Positions 51,077 to 64,000 of a DNA stretch of 64,000 nt are shown one piece after another. Made by a program: the position numbers and the translations under genes. A model generated the notes under the pieces. The model saw nothing but the letters and a program-made list of their open reading frames with translations, was not told where the DNA came from and made no database searches. Numbering within the stretch: position 1 is the first letter of the stretch; each line of letters opens with the position of its first letter. The stretch comes from Octopus vulgaris (lineage: Eukaryota). The stretch is taken from contig OX597818.1 in NCBI GenBank assembly GCA_951406725.2, forward strand, positions 96,100,001 to 96,164,000, given 5' to 3'.

Positions 51077-52451
51077 CTATTTTCCTTCTTTCTTCCAAGC
51101 GTTAATGTAATACAATATTTGTTAAAATATATCACCTATGGTCATAAACGTTGGGTAATGGCTGAAAGAGTATGATCGCAAATACAAGACGGACCCTCAA
51201 AGTCGAGCCAATTGGTAGGAGACTTTGGGGTAAGTTAAGAACGAGGTGGTTAGTTAACTGCTACACTTAGGAATCCAACTGGAAAATCTTATGACATTTG
51301 CTTCTGATGGGACCTTATGGAGGAAGTGCCTGAGGATTCAACACAATCCCGATCCTCCCAGGAATAAATGTCGGAGAAGATAGACGGATGAATGCATGTG
51401 TGTGTGTATTTTGTGTGTGCGTGCGCGTCTAAAATAGTTATCATAGTAGTGGTGGTGGTGATATGTAAAGTAATGGCTGACTCGATAAGTAAGGTAATGG
51501 CGAAATGTGAATATGGACGGCTGCCAAGTGATATTTGACTCCAACGACCACGTGTTCCATAATGTAAAGGGAAATATGAGCTCTAAATCATAAATGTAGT
51601 TGAAATATATGTTATAATCATGATAATAATTACATCTGAATGGAACAGAAGCTTTTACGAGATAGTCGTGGGAGTTTCAACGGACACCGTTAACTAATGA
51701 TATTTTAAAGAACTGTTGTCTGGTCGAGTAAGACTTTAAACAAGAATCAACTAATTTCAAATACTGTTAAAAGGTTTAAAATAACCTTTCAACTCGAAAT
51801 AAAAAATGGTGAGCTGGCAGAAACGTCAGCACGCCAGGAGAAATGCTTAGCAGTATTTCGTCTGTCTTTATGTTCTGAGTTCAAATTCTGAGTACTGGGG
51901 TCGGTCTAATCAACTGGTCCCCTCCACCAAAACTTCGGGCCTTGTGCCTAGGGTAGAAAAGAATATTATTTTATACCTTATCATATAATTATCACAGCCA
52001 TAGGACTTTGGTCATGCTGGAGCACTGTCTTGAAGTTTTAGTCGAACAAATAGACCCTAGTTCTTATTTGTAAGTCTGGTATTTATTCTATCATGTTCTT
52101 TTGCCGAACCACTAAGTATACCTATACCTGTTGTCAAACGTTAGTGATGGTGACAAACACAAAATGCGCATACACACATACGCACACATGCATACATACA
52201 AACAAACAAACATACATACATACATACATACATACATACATACATACATACAAAAACAAACATACATACATACATACATACATACATACATACATACATA
52301 CATACATACATAGGTACATACATACATACGTACATGTATACAAACATACATACATACATACATACATACATACATACATACATACATACATACATACATA
52401 CGTACATACATACCATCAAATACGTACATGTATATATACATAAATACATAC

Positions 52452-52490
<39 letters not shown>

Positions 52491-53290
52491 TGGTTTCTAC
52501 TCATTTTCCGTCTACCAAGTTCACTTACAAAACAAAGAGACAACTTTGTTTCGATTCTGAAAAACTCAGAATATTTAGAAGTCTTGGCTGACTCGAAATG
52601 GTCAAATTTTTCTAGGTCAGTTTAAGTACCTAAACCAGTTAGAAGCAAACTGCTGCCCACAAGACTTTCTGCATGGCAGACTTAAAGAAAAATTGCCTTT
52701 CATTTTTCAGTGGTGCTGCCCGCCTGATGATGAACCATGTCTCATGCGGTTCGTTTCGCGAAAAAGGTCGACCATGCCTGGCCTAAACCATGTAGATGAA
52801 ATACAGAAACCATTGACTGGTCAAAAGTAGATCCGTGAAAAAGAAGGAAAATTGAAGAAATGTACATATTGACTGCAGTACGACAAGCGCTTATGACATT
52901 AGAATTGTAATCACAATTAATATCATAGATTCAAAGCATATTTTAACTGCACTGTGAAATATAGAGCCCATTGTTAAATAACAGGGTACTCAAGTACCAG
53001 AGAAAGCGATTGAACCGATTAATCGATTATTCAGCTTTTCGGGTTGATATCTCACCCAGACTACTGAGAACCATATCTCATACAGAGGCAAAAACTATGT
53101 TTAATAAACGTAGGATATATATAATTTTATAACAATCTTCAGGAAAATGTTTATGCAGTAGTTTTAACAAATATTTACCTGAGAATTGTTATAAATATGA
53201 AAGTACTTGTGATAGTATAAAAATCTATTTCGTAAAATTCTAAAAAAACACTAAAATATAATATGAGAATGTTGAAATTTGATTTACTAA

Positions 53291-53324
<34 letters not shown>

Positions 53325-53382
53325 TTCATATAAGTATGCACACACACTCACTCACACATTCAAATATGTATTCACACAGTTG

Positions 53383-53414
<32 letters not shown>

Positions 53415-53422
53415 TGTATGTA

Positions 53423-53453
<31 letters not shown>

Positions 53454-53512
53454 ATGTATGTATTTATTTATGTATGTATGTATGTATGTATGTATGTATG
53501 TATGTATGTATG

Positions 53513-53551
<39 letters not shown>

Positions 53552-53771
53552 TCTTATGTATGTATGTACACACGCACAAATAATTACAAGAGACTATCAA
53601 TAAAATTATGAATTACACATAACTTTGCGGTTCTTGTGAAACGTTTTCACACTTAATGTTTACAGTTTTTATAATTCTATGTTCTATAATTATAAAGCAC
53701 TCCATTAGTCATGCATACTTCTATACATGCATACATGCATACATGCATACATACACACACACACACACATG

Positions 53772-53841
<70 letters not shown>

Positions 53842-54065
53842 TTCACACCAGTGGTCTAGCATAAAAAAAAACTAGACCATTGGTGTGAAATCGATGTTAA
53901 TTAAATTAATATCTAATTTCTCACCCTTATTTTAAATTTATATATATATATATATATATATCGCTCGAAACGTCATACCTCCCTGCTTCCATTTCCTGAG
54001 CGCCTATTAATAATAATACTGTAATTGTTCCATTGTTGTTGTTTTTTTGTTTCCCGTTTGGATTT

Positions 54066-54154
<89 letters not shown>

Positions 54155-54323
54155 GCATACATATATATATATACATGCATACATATATATATATACATGC
54201 ATACATATATGTATGTGTTGTGTGTGTGTGCGTTTGAATGTGTTTGTGTGTGTGTGTGCGTGCGTGTGTGTAAGCCACGGACACGTGCCGGGAGTGACTT
54301 ACTCCTGATTAATAGTAAGTATT

Positions 54324-54713
54324 AACAAGAACACTCAGAGAGCGCAAACCTCCGCCAAGGCAACACCAACATCCTCTAAACGATTAGTTAGAGATGATCT
54401 TTAAAATGAGAATGCTTGAAATGAACTCGACTGCTCTCACAAACGAGAATACTGAAAATGAACCCGACCGTTCTCAAAAATTAACTAAAAAAACAAAAAA
54501 AACCCGAATAATAATCCAGAATCCTTGTCCGGTGCAGGATCGATCCCAAAATCTAATCAGTTCGTGCCAATTACGAGGCCAAACATCCCTGAAAGGTTCA
54601 TCCGAATCCATCCAGCGGTTCTTGAGATATCTTGTACATGGATAAACAAACAAACAAACAAACAAACACGACTGAAAAACTATACCATCGCCTTCGCTAA
54701 GGCGGAGGTAATA
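54324..54713 (+). mobile_element. Non-autonomous Helentron/DINE-1-like (HINE) element
   Basis: Subterminal inverted repeat acctccgcc (54348) / ggcggaggt (54701), 3' hairpin cgcctt..aaggcg, (AAAC)n near the 3' end. Confidence 0.65.
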
Positions 54714-54848
54714 AATGAAATTCTTAAGGAAAAAACGATTATCTTCATTATATATTTAAAAATATATTTTATCAAGGAAAATTATTTTTCCTACACGCCC
54801 ACTCTCACTTACATGCACGTGTACAAAGACATACACGCGTCTACCGAG

Positions 54849-54944
<96 letters not shown>

Positions 54945-56670
54945 ATATCTACCTAATCGTTTCGAGCATCATGTAGACCAAATAATCTATCTCAACACTG
55001 GTCGTCTATGTTTAAATATTTATCTATAAGGTTTTGCATTCAACAGCATTGCATTTGTGCGGATAGGCTGGCATCGGAACGTGTTTTTTTTTTTGCAGAC
55101 AACCAATACATACAGTTAAAATCGATAGGTCTATGGCAGAGTAATTGGAAAATTACCAAAGTCTCGGCATTTCAAGATGTGTGTTCTATAGTACAGCTGA
55201 TCGACTCTTCATTTCAACAGACGATCGAGAGCAGAGCAGATAGTAGACCAAGAGAAAACTAAGAAAAAAATGAGAGGGAGGGGGAGAGGGAGAGAGAGAG
55301 AGAGAGAGAGAGATAGAGAGGAGAGAGGGAAAGAGAGAAAGAGAGACAGAATGTGAGAAAGACAAAAGAGAAATCGGAAGGTATATAAGAGATACTAAAT
55401 TATTAATCGTCGACATTTGAATTCTTTGGTTTGTACATGCATGCACTTTACATGTATACACATGTTCAAGTTTAGTATTGATGGTAATAGTGGACATTGT
55501 GATGGTAGTAATGGAGGTAGTGGTGGTGGTGGTGGTGGCGGCGGCGGTGACGGCGGCGGCGGCAGCTGTGTTGCTGTTTGGTTATATCAGCTCTGAAACG
55601 ATCGGTTATTGGCAAAAGAGACACAGCGATGAGGGATAAAAGAAATCACGTATAACGAGGCCGCGAATTGGCGGAGTCATTACAGCGTCGAACAGAGTGC
55701 TTTGTGATATTTGCTCCGACACACTGCACACCGAGTTCAAATCCTACTGAGCTCAACTTTGCCTTTCCTCCTTTCAACGTCGATAAATAAAAAGCTCCAA
55801 TCCAAGTCAATGTGTGTAAGAGAGAGAGAGAGAGAGGGAGAGAGAGGAGGGAGAGAGAGTGAGAGAGAGAGAGAGAGAGAGAGTGTGTGTGTGTGTGTGC
55901 GTGAGAGAGAGAGAGAGAGTGTGTGTGTGTGTGTGTGCAGAGAGAGAGAGAGAGAGAGAGAGAGAAAGTGTGTGTGTGTGTGTGCGTGTGCTTGCGTGTA
56001 TACACACACACACATACACACAGTACGTGTGTATATGTGTGTATATATAGTGAAAGAATGATCTGGGGAGAGGAAGGGAAAAAGTTCGGCCTCGTCAGCC
56101 AAATTGAATAGATCCTAGATTCATCAAATTAATGTGTCTCTAGGGAATCATCAGATGGCTGTTAGCATTGATGGTATTACAATGCTGGTTAGTTTGGTTT
56201 TCAATAAGATTATTATTTAACCCTAGGTTAACCTTGTCTCAGCAGACACATGATCAATGACATTCCGTTTATGATCATCCTGCACCTTTTCCTTTCTTCA
56301 AATTTCTTGGATTGCGTAACTTCTTTGTTAAGACGCTCCTGACATAATTTGACGATGAGAATATTTAACTGCTGTTTGTAGCAAGTCAAGAGAATGATCT
56401 CTTGGCAAAAACACTCAAAACACATGATCCTGTGTCCCATGCCAGAAACTACAACTGCAATAGCCTAGTCGGAGAGGAGAATTATGGGACAGGAGATGAG
56501 AAAGGAGTTCGCATCGGGCGCCCTTTTTATGGGTGCGACACTTTGGGGTCCGCTATATGAGCATAAACCTGTAATGTGTTTGGGGACCCGATGGCGGACA
56601 ACAGGCTCGTGGCATACTCCGGAAGGCACACTCTCTAGCTATGCCACTGCAGAACTGGTGTAATTTAAAT

Positions 56671-56864
56671 CAGTGTTCCGCAACCGTTTTTTTCTTTTTA
56701 CTTGCGGTACACTTATATTCTTTTCAAAATTCGGCGGCACACCTGAACTAAAAATATAACTAAAAGTATAGGGAAAAAATCATATTCAGGTTACACTACA
56801 ACACACACCTAGCATCGTCTCGTGGCACACCAGTGTGCCGCAGCATACCAGTTGCGGAGCACTG
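56671..56864. mobile_element. hAT/Charlie-type MITE
   Basis: TIRs cagtgttccgcaac / gttgcggagcactg; flanks atttaaat / atttaatg resemble an 8-bp TSD. Confidence 0.75.
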
Positions 56865-57502
56865 ATTTAATGACAAAATAAAGATTATTAAATATAGGCG
56901 AAATGTTCGTTAATCCTCTCTTACGAGGATGTCACCATATTAACATCTCAACAAACATTATATTTGAAATTTATTCATACGTTTTATACGTAAGCATTGT
57001 AAAACATCAGATAAGCACAGGGTGAGGTGAATTTGTGATCCTGTTTCGATTCTCGATTGGAACCATATTATTTCAGAGCATCTTTGGGAAAACATGGACG
57101 TCTCAACTTTTTATTTCTCGATTTTGGATTCAAGGAAAGAAAGAAAGAAAGAAAGAAAGAAACAAAAAAAAACAGCCATTAGTACATTTATAAAACAGGA
57201 ACGTCACAATTCTCTTTCTCTATTGTAACAAAACTAGGGTTAGGGTTAGGGTTAGGCAACAAACAAAATTTCATTCATAATTTTTTTTGAAAATCTAAAA
57301 AAAAAAAAAAACAATGTTAAAGCTTTCTATAGAAATATACATGGCATGGATAATAACGTGGTAAGATGCTTGCTTCCTAACCACATAGTTACGGAATCAG
57401 TTCTACTGCGTGGCACCTTGGGCAAGTGTTTTCTACTTTAGCCTCGGGCCGACTAAAGCCTTGTGAGAGGATTTGGTGGACGGAAATTGGAAGGATCCCA
57501 TC

Positions 57503-57541
<39 letters not shown>

Positions 57542-59354
57542 AATAAGGGTAGGAAAATTTACATAAAAAAATCATCATAGAAGATATACGTTCAAAATAA
57601 TATTGTAGTAAGAGATAAATATATAAATATATAAAGTATTATTTAGTATATCTTCTGTGATGCTTTTTTGATATAAATTTTCCTGTCCTTACTTTATAAT
57701 ATATAATCGCTCTTATTAAATGTGTAAATACCTTTAAGGCTTTAGACATTTCCCTACTAAGAGCACTTATTTGAAATATATGTATGTGTGTGTGTCTATG
57801 TGTGTGCGTGTTTGCGCACGCACACCTTCGTGTCTGTTTCCCACTACCGCTTGACAACCCGTGTTGGTGTGTTTATCTGTAGCCTAGCGGTTCGGCAAAA
57901 GAGTCCGACAGAATAAGTACCGGGCTTAGCAAAAAATTAAGTACTGGGTTCGATTCATTCGGCTGGCGATGCCCTAGCATTGCCACAGTCAAATGACTGA
58001 AACAAGTAAAAGATTAAAAAATTGATAAATGTTTACGCTTTTTTTTTATAGACAGCATGATCTAAGCCATTATTTGTATGCTTACGAAACATCAAATACC
58101 CGTCTGCATGCAATTTTGCGAGTTAAAACTTATATGTGCGTATATAAACTTTTTTTAATACTTGACTCAGACCACACGACTTTTTTCTTTTTTACTGAAT
58201 ACGTTATATTGAATTTGTAATTTACTATTGGTTCTGGAACAAAATGCAGTATCATTGGCGCAAAAATATTTCCAAATTTCCAAGAAACTAACCCTCTTAT
58301 CTAGTTTTATATCCACCTCCCTTACACCAGTAAAGAATATTCACTTTCAGCACAGGCTGCTCCGTTGAATTTTCTTGAAGTAATGTATGCTGTATGCGTC
58401 AGTAACAAACGATCTATTTAAAACTTTTGGATAGATATTCATGGCAAACTGTAAAATCTCAACAGAATTCTAGACAAAAGAGTTGGTAAACTGCTTTGAT
58501 GTGTCTCAAGAACATTGCATCAATTCAACAAATGCTTCAGCTTGTTCTTTCAGTTTTAAAAGAAACGTATACAAACACAATACAATGGGTTTGGAAAAAT
58601 TACGGAACACCGGATTGAATAAAGCTAAATAGTACGATATGTATCCATTTTCGATAAAGAATACCACTTAATGTGAGAATGTGTTTTTGATGTATTCAGG
58701 TTGAAATCGTTGTAAAGGTAATAGAAGCTGTCTCATAAGTCTCGCTTCTTGTTGCTTATCTGGAAGAATATCACAAAATTTTGTTAGTTGTTGACCTTGC
58801 TCTACATTACTCAAAACAATAAATAGAATTTAGAACCTATTTCTGTTAACACGAGAGGTTCTAGTAAGGGTCTCTTTAGACTATTTGATTACGAATAGTT
58901 AAGTGGATGATAAACTTAATGTAATGAACCCCAACATTATTATCAATAGAACGAGTTGTATAGTTGTTAGAGCGTCGGATAGATTGGTCTGTGGCATTTT
59001 GTTTGGAATTTCTGCGTTCTGAGTTCAAATCGTGCTGAGGTTAAACTTCGCTTTTCATCTTTTCGTGGTCGATAAATAAAATACCAGTCCTGAGTGGTCT
59101 TTTGGCAGAATTATTAGAGAGTCGGGCAAGACGCCTTACAGTATCTGTTTCGACTTTTTGCATCCCGAGTTCAAATCTCGATCACTGTAGTCAACAAAAA
59201 AAAAAAAAAAAAGAAAGAAAAAGAGGAAAATTTCTGTCAGGAATCGTGACCGAGAGATTGTACCAGACGCTTGAAACATTAATGGAAACATAATTTCCTT
59301 GGTTTGCTGGGAAGATCGGTTACCACCACCATAGAATTACACTTGTAATAATAG

Positions 59355-60290
59355 TTTCAAATTTTTCCACAAGGGGAGCAATTTTGTGGGAGAGGATGTG
59401 TCGATTATATTCAACTGGTCCTTATTTTATCGACACCGAAAGGATGGCAAGCAAAGTCGACCTCGGCGGAATTTGAACTCAGAACCTAGCGACAGGCGAA
59501 ATACCTATTTCTTTACTACCCACAAGGGGCTAAACACAGAGGGGACAAACAAGGATAGACAAACGGATTAAGTCGATTACATCGACCCCAGTGCGTAACT
59601 GGTACCTAATTTATCGACCCCGAAAGGATGAAAGGCAAAGTCGACCTCGGCGGAATTTGAACTCAGAACGTAACAGCAGACGCAATACCGCTAAGCATTT
59701 CGTCCAGCGCCCTAACGATTTATTTACACCTATAATAATAATAATTCTTCCTAATTTTGGCACACGGCCAGCCATTTTAAGCGAGGTGTAAGTCGATTAC
59801 ACTAATTCTAGTGTTCAACTGGTATTTATTAATCGATCTTGAAAGGATGAAAAGAAAAGCTGACCTCGGCGAATTCGGATTCGAACATAAAAGCCGCACG
59901 AAATGCCGCTACTTATTTTGTCCAGCGTGCTAACGTGTCTGCCAACTCAGTGCCTTAATAATAATAACGATAATCCTTTTATTATAGGCACAGGGCCTGA
60001 GATTTTGCAGAAGGATCTAGTCAATAACATTGACTCCAGTGCTCAACTGGTACTGATTTCATCGATCCTGAAAGAAATGAAAGACAAAATCGATCTCGGC
60101 GGAATTTGATTCAGAAGGCAAAGACAGACGAAATGCCGCTTAACATTTTATCCGGCACGCTAACCGATCCTACTAGCTCGCTAGCTCGCCATCTTAATAA
60201 TATTAATAATAACGGTTTCAAATTTTTGACACAGGGCCAGCAGATTGGGGTAGGGGCTAAGTCGATTACATCGACCCCAGTACTTAAGTG
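59355..60290 (-). repeat. Head-to-tail array of about 5 SINE family A copies
   Basis: Repeated ...aactggta...gaaaggatgaaaggcaaagtcgacctcggcggaatttgaactcagaac units, several separated by (taa)n. Confidence 0.85.
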
Positions 60291-60323
60291 GATTTGGTAG
60301 AGGGAAAATGAAAGAAGCCCGTC

Positions 60324-60390
<67 letters not shown>

Positions 60391-63300
60391 TGTATGTATG
60401 TATGTATGTATGTATGTTTTTGTACCCCCAACGTCACTTGATTACCGATGCTGGTGTGTTTACGTCCCCATAACTTAGTGGTTCGGCAAAAGAGACGATA
60501 GGATAAGTACTAGAATAAGTCTTGGGGTCGATTTGCTCGACTAAAGGCAGTGCTCCAGCATGGCCACAGTCAATAATTGAAACAAGTAAAAGAATAAAAG
60601 AATATAATTCGGAGCGATTTTATGATATATATATATATATTTAAAGAGTGTGTCTTATTTGCTATCAAATGCCGTAATAATGGTCAAAGAATAAAAAGAA
60701 ACAACACGAAATTGAAAAAAATATGAGTAGAAGTAAAGGTTGTGAATTTGATTCCTAGGTTACGTTGTTACGTTCTTAAGAAAGACATTTTACTTCACTG
60801 TGTTCTTAAGCAGAGCATTTTACTTCACTGAAAATCAGTACCAGTAGCTACAGGCGGTTAACTCTGCGATGAGCAGGCGTTCTGTTCAAGGGTAAAATTT
60901 TGTACTCTTAAGTAATTTACATTCCTTAGAAACTGGGACAAACACCGGTTTAATGAGTTTGTGGGTTCGAGATAGACTTTAAATTGAATTCAATTTTAAA
61001 AATTAATTTAAATTAAAAAAAAATTTCTGTGGCCAGGTAGTAGAGCGTGATGTTTGATGTTAGGTAAGAAGAGACAATTCCATACATGTTTTGGTATTAT
61101 TAGAGTTCCTCAGCGGAGTCAAGTTTTTGTCAATACTTGCCATACTGACGTTGTATTTGGGTCAATATCGTTGAGAAGATAATAGAAGTTATCTCATAGG
61201 TCTCGCTTACTGTTGCTTATCTGAAGGAAAATCACAAAATTTAATCCGTTGTTGAGCTTGCTCTACACTAATCAAAACAAGAAATACAAATCAGAACCTA
61301 AGGTTCCCTTAAGACTATAAGCTGAGTTGTGAAGAAGGTTGAATGAATAATTGATTTTCACGTGATTTAACATTGAATGAAATGAAGTAAATAGTTAATA
61401 TATATGTGATTCTAATGAATATAATTATTATAAATATAAATAACTGGTTTTGAAAAGTTAATTGGAATTCAAAAACTCTCAAGTTTATGTACAGCTCCTT
61501 TTCCGTAGAAAAATAAAAGGTGTAAGTATTTATCTGGCTATATTGATTCCAATATCTACTTGGTATTTCATTGATCCCGTACTGATAATACTAAAGCAGA
61601 TACCATCGCCGGTGGGGTTCAAACATAGGGACATCAAAGCAGAGAATAAGAGATTGCAAAGAATTATGTGTATAATATCCAACTATCTGGACTACTACGT
61701 CTCTCTCAAAGTATTTATATAATAATATTGATTTTTCTTCATCGTGTACTAATTTTATAATTGCACTATAATTAATACTGTTCGCATCTGACTAAAATTC
61801 ATAAGAATAAAAGTCCTCTTTGTGCATCGAAATGGGAATATAATTTCATTTTATACAGATTACAATGACATTTTGAAATATATTTTCAAGTTGAAACAGT
61901 TTGAATTCATAAATTTTTCATGTTCCCATGGTAGAATTTAATGTCTAGAAAATGTCCAAATTGACAAAGTAGTTTTTTTCCCTTTAATTATGGATATTTT
62001 AATTATTTACAAAGATTTGAGTCGCTATTTTCCTGTACTAAAAGTTCTTTTTATTGTAGTGCTAAAAGTTCTTTTTATCATAAGACGTGCGAGAGGGGTG
62101 TTGAGCTGGCAGTATAGTTGGTGCGTCGGAAAAAATGCATTGCAGTTTTTATTCTCGCCGTGGTCAGCTGTGCCTTATCTTTTTGGCGAATTGATGAAAT
62201 AAAGTACAAGTCACGTAATGAGGCACGAGGCCATCGACTTTCCTCAAAATTGTTGGCCTCTTGCTGAAATCAGAAACTATTATAAGACATATGACATACA
62301 TCAGAGTGAAGTTGCAAGCTAGCCTAGTTGTTAACACTTATTTCAATTCTCGGTAGGTGCCTCGCAATTTCTCGGCATGTAGTTGACGCCTTCGAGATCT
62401 CACAACGGTCTTTTTAATAAATTCGAGATCTTTTGTGTATCCTACAAATCAACGCTTCTCAATGTAGGCGGTGGTAAATTTTATATGATCACTGTGGACA
62501 AAGCGGGGTAGCGGTAGGGAGATAGCCATATCTATTAATTGTCCTGATTTTTAAAAGTAGCTTTCAAATTTTTATTCTACTTATCCAAAGAAAGCGGCGA
62601 GCTGGTGGGATCATTAGCACGCCCTGCAAAATACTTAGCAGCGTTTCGCCGAGGTCGACTCTGCTTTTCATCTTTTCGGGGTCAATAAAATAAGTGCCAG
62701 CACCTAAAATTCTAGTAACCAATTTAGCCTTCAACCACTTGTGTATAAGGCGCCGATACTTAAACGTCACCACTTGCTTCAGTGTACACAGCAAAATCTA
62801 ATTCTTCCACCTTTGTATTTTATTCGCAAAGAATCTAAATTGTATTTAAAATATGTACTAAAATTCCTAACATATAAACGAATTTTTGGTTGAAATATAT
62901 ATTAGTTTGAAAAACTGTCTTTCATCTCCAGCCTGTTTGATGTTTTGACTTACAGAAGGACTTGTGTACGTTCACAATAGCTGGCAAAGTTTAAATTGTT
63001 GGCAAAAGGCGAAATAAAAATAAAAATATAGTAAAAATACAATAGAACTTTCAAAGCTCGGGCAAACTGAAAAGGTGCCAACTTCATTATACATACTCGT
63101 TTACTGGCAATGCGTAACAAAAGGTTATATTATTGTAATGTTCCCTTTTAAATCAAGGTTTACAAAGATACAAATACACATTTCAGAAAAATATATAGCG
63201 TATATTTCCAATTGCTATTAATAATCTGCAAGCAAGCTAATTTATTTTCAATGTCATATAGATCATATTCGGGTGATTTTCAGGTGAAAGATTTATACTA

Positions 63301-64000
63301 GACTGTTTATCATTAAGATAAGTTTGCAGACATGTTAAATTGATCGCAATCTGAATAAGTAAAACCGAAAGAATAAGTAAGACGAAGAGCCGGTCCAAGG
63401 TATCTGAGAAATTAAATTGACATGAGATGGCGCGGTGAGACTAGAACAGTTTGAACCGAAGAAATATGTACCAGCAAAGTACTAGGGTAAATTTGTAAAG
63501 AGCAGCCGTCACCAGCAAACGAGTATGGTTTGGTAATATGTACCCTGCTCTCGCTAATTGTCTTAGGTACCTGTGTAGTAGCCAGCTGGTATTGACTCCC
63601 TCTCGACTCTCATATCATTTAACCTAGCGGCACATTCAGGATATGACAGCCGCAGGGAGAAAGAAAGTAGGAAAGAAAGGAAAAAGAGAATGAGAATGAC
63701 GGGTGTCAGAACTGGGCTGGTATTCATTTTCTACTGAATAAATTGGAGCGATATGAAATGAAGAGACTTGCTGAAGGACACAACGCAACGCTCGGTCAAG
63801 AAACTGAATCCACAATATGATTGTGACCCGAACACCCTAGTTTTTAGGCCATATGCCTTCACATGAGAGTCAATCATGTGCTTGGTGTTATAATTACCCC
63901 CTTTAACCAAGGGAAAAAGAAAGGTCAAATTGAAAAGTTTGAAAGAAAAAGGAAAACAGAAAAGAAAGAAAGAAGCCAAGCTAGAAACAGCAATCTTGAC

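Noticed and set aside
52720-52770. CTGATGA followed by a gaacc/ggttc hairpin
   Set aside because: Stem II is followed by GTTTC rather than GAAA; the context looks like a hAT MITE end.
58300-58570. Minus-strand frame MNIYPKVLIDRLLLT...AACAESEYSL
   Set aside because: Possibly a hAT dimerisation-domain remnant, but too degraded to call.

Overview
AT-rich, microsatellite- and transposon-dense eukaryotic DNA; the SINE content suggests a cephalopod, probably Octopus (inference). The only host gene I can support is the 5' part of a Na+/K+-ATPase alpha-subunit gene on the minus strand: 7 coding exons from the ATG at 10320 (MASSKVKSQQ...) to the window edge (TGES motif), all GT-AG and phase 0. Its putative promoter lies near 10.47 kb. 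The rest (~11-64 kb) is upstream or intergenic DNA made of tRNA-derived SINEs, LINE remnants (RTE, Tx1, R4/Dong, CRE, CR1/L2), Tc1/mariner and hAT elements and MITEs, a Helentron-like element, a Gypsy LTR/PBS fragment, and Penelope-like stubs in (TA)n. Four signals stand out. (1) A head-to-tail Tx1 array (ORF2 copy, then an ORF1-only copy, then a Gypsy LTR) whose junctions repeat one 17-bp motif, consistent with site-specific re-insertion. (2) About seven minimal hammerhead ribozyme motifs of several designs, two with intact catalytic cores. (3) A perfect CACGTG-N5-CACGTG element about 1 kb upstream of the pump gene. (4) Fold-back transposon derivatives. Most short ORFs in the track are microsatellite artefacts. 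Repeat boundaries were read by eye and are approximate.
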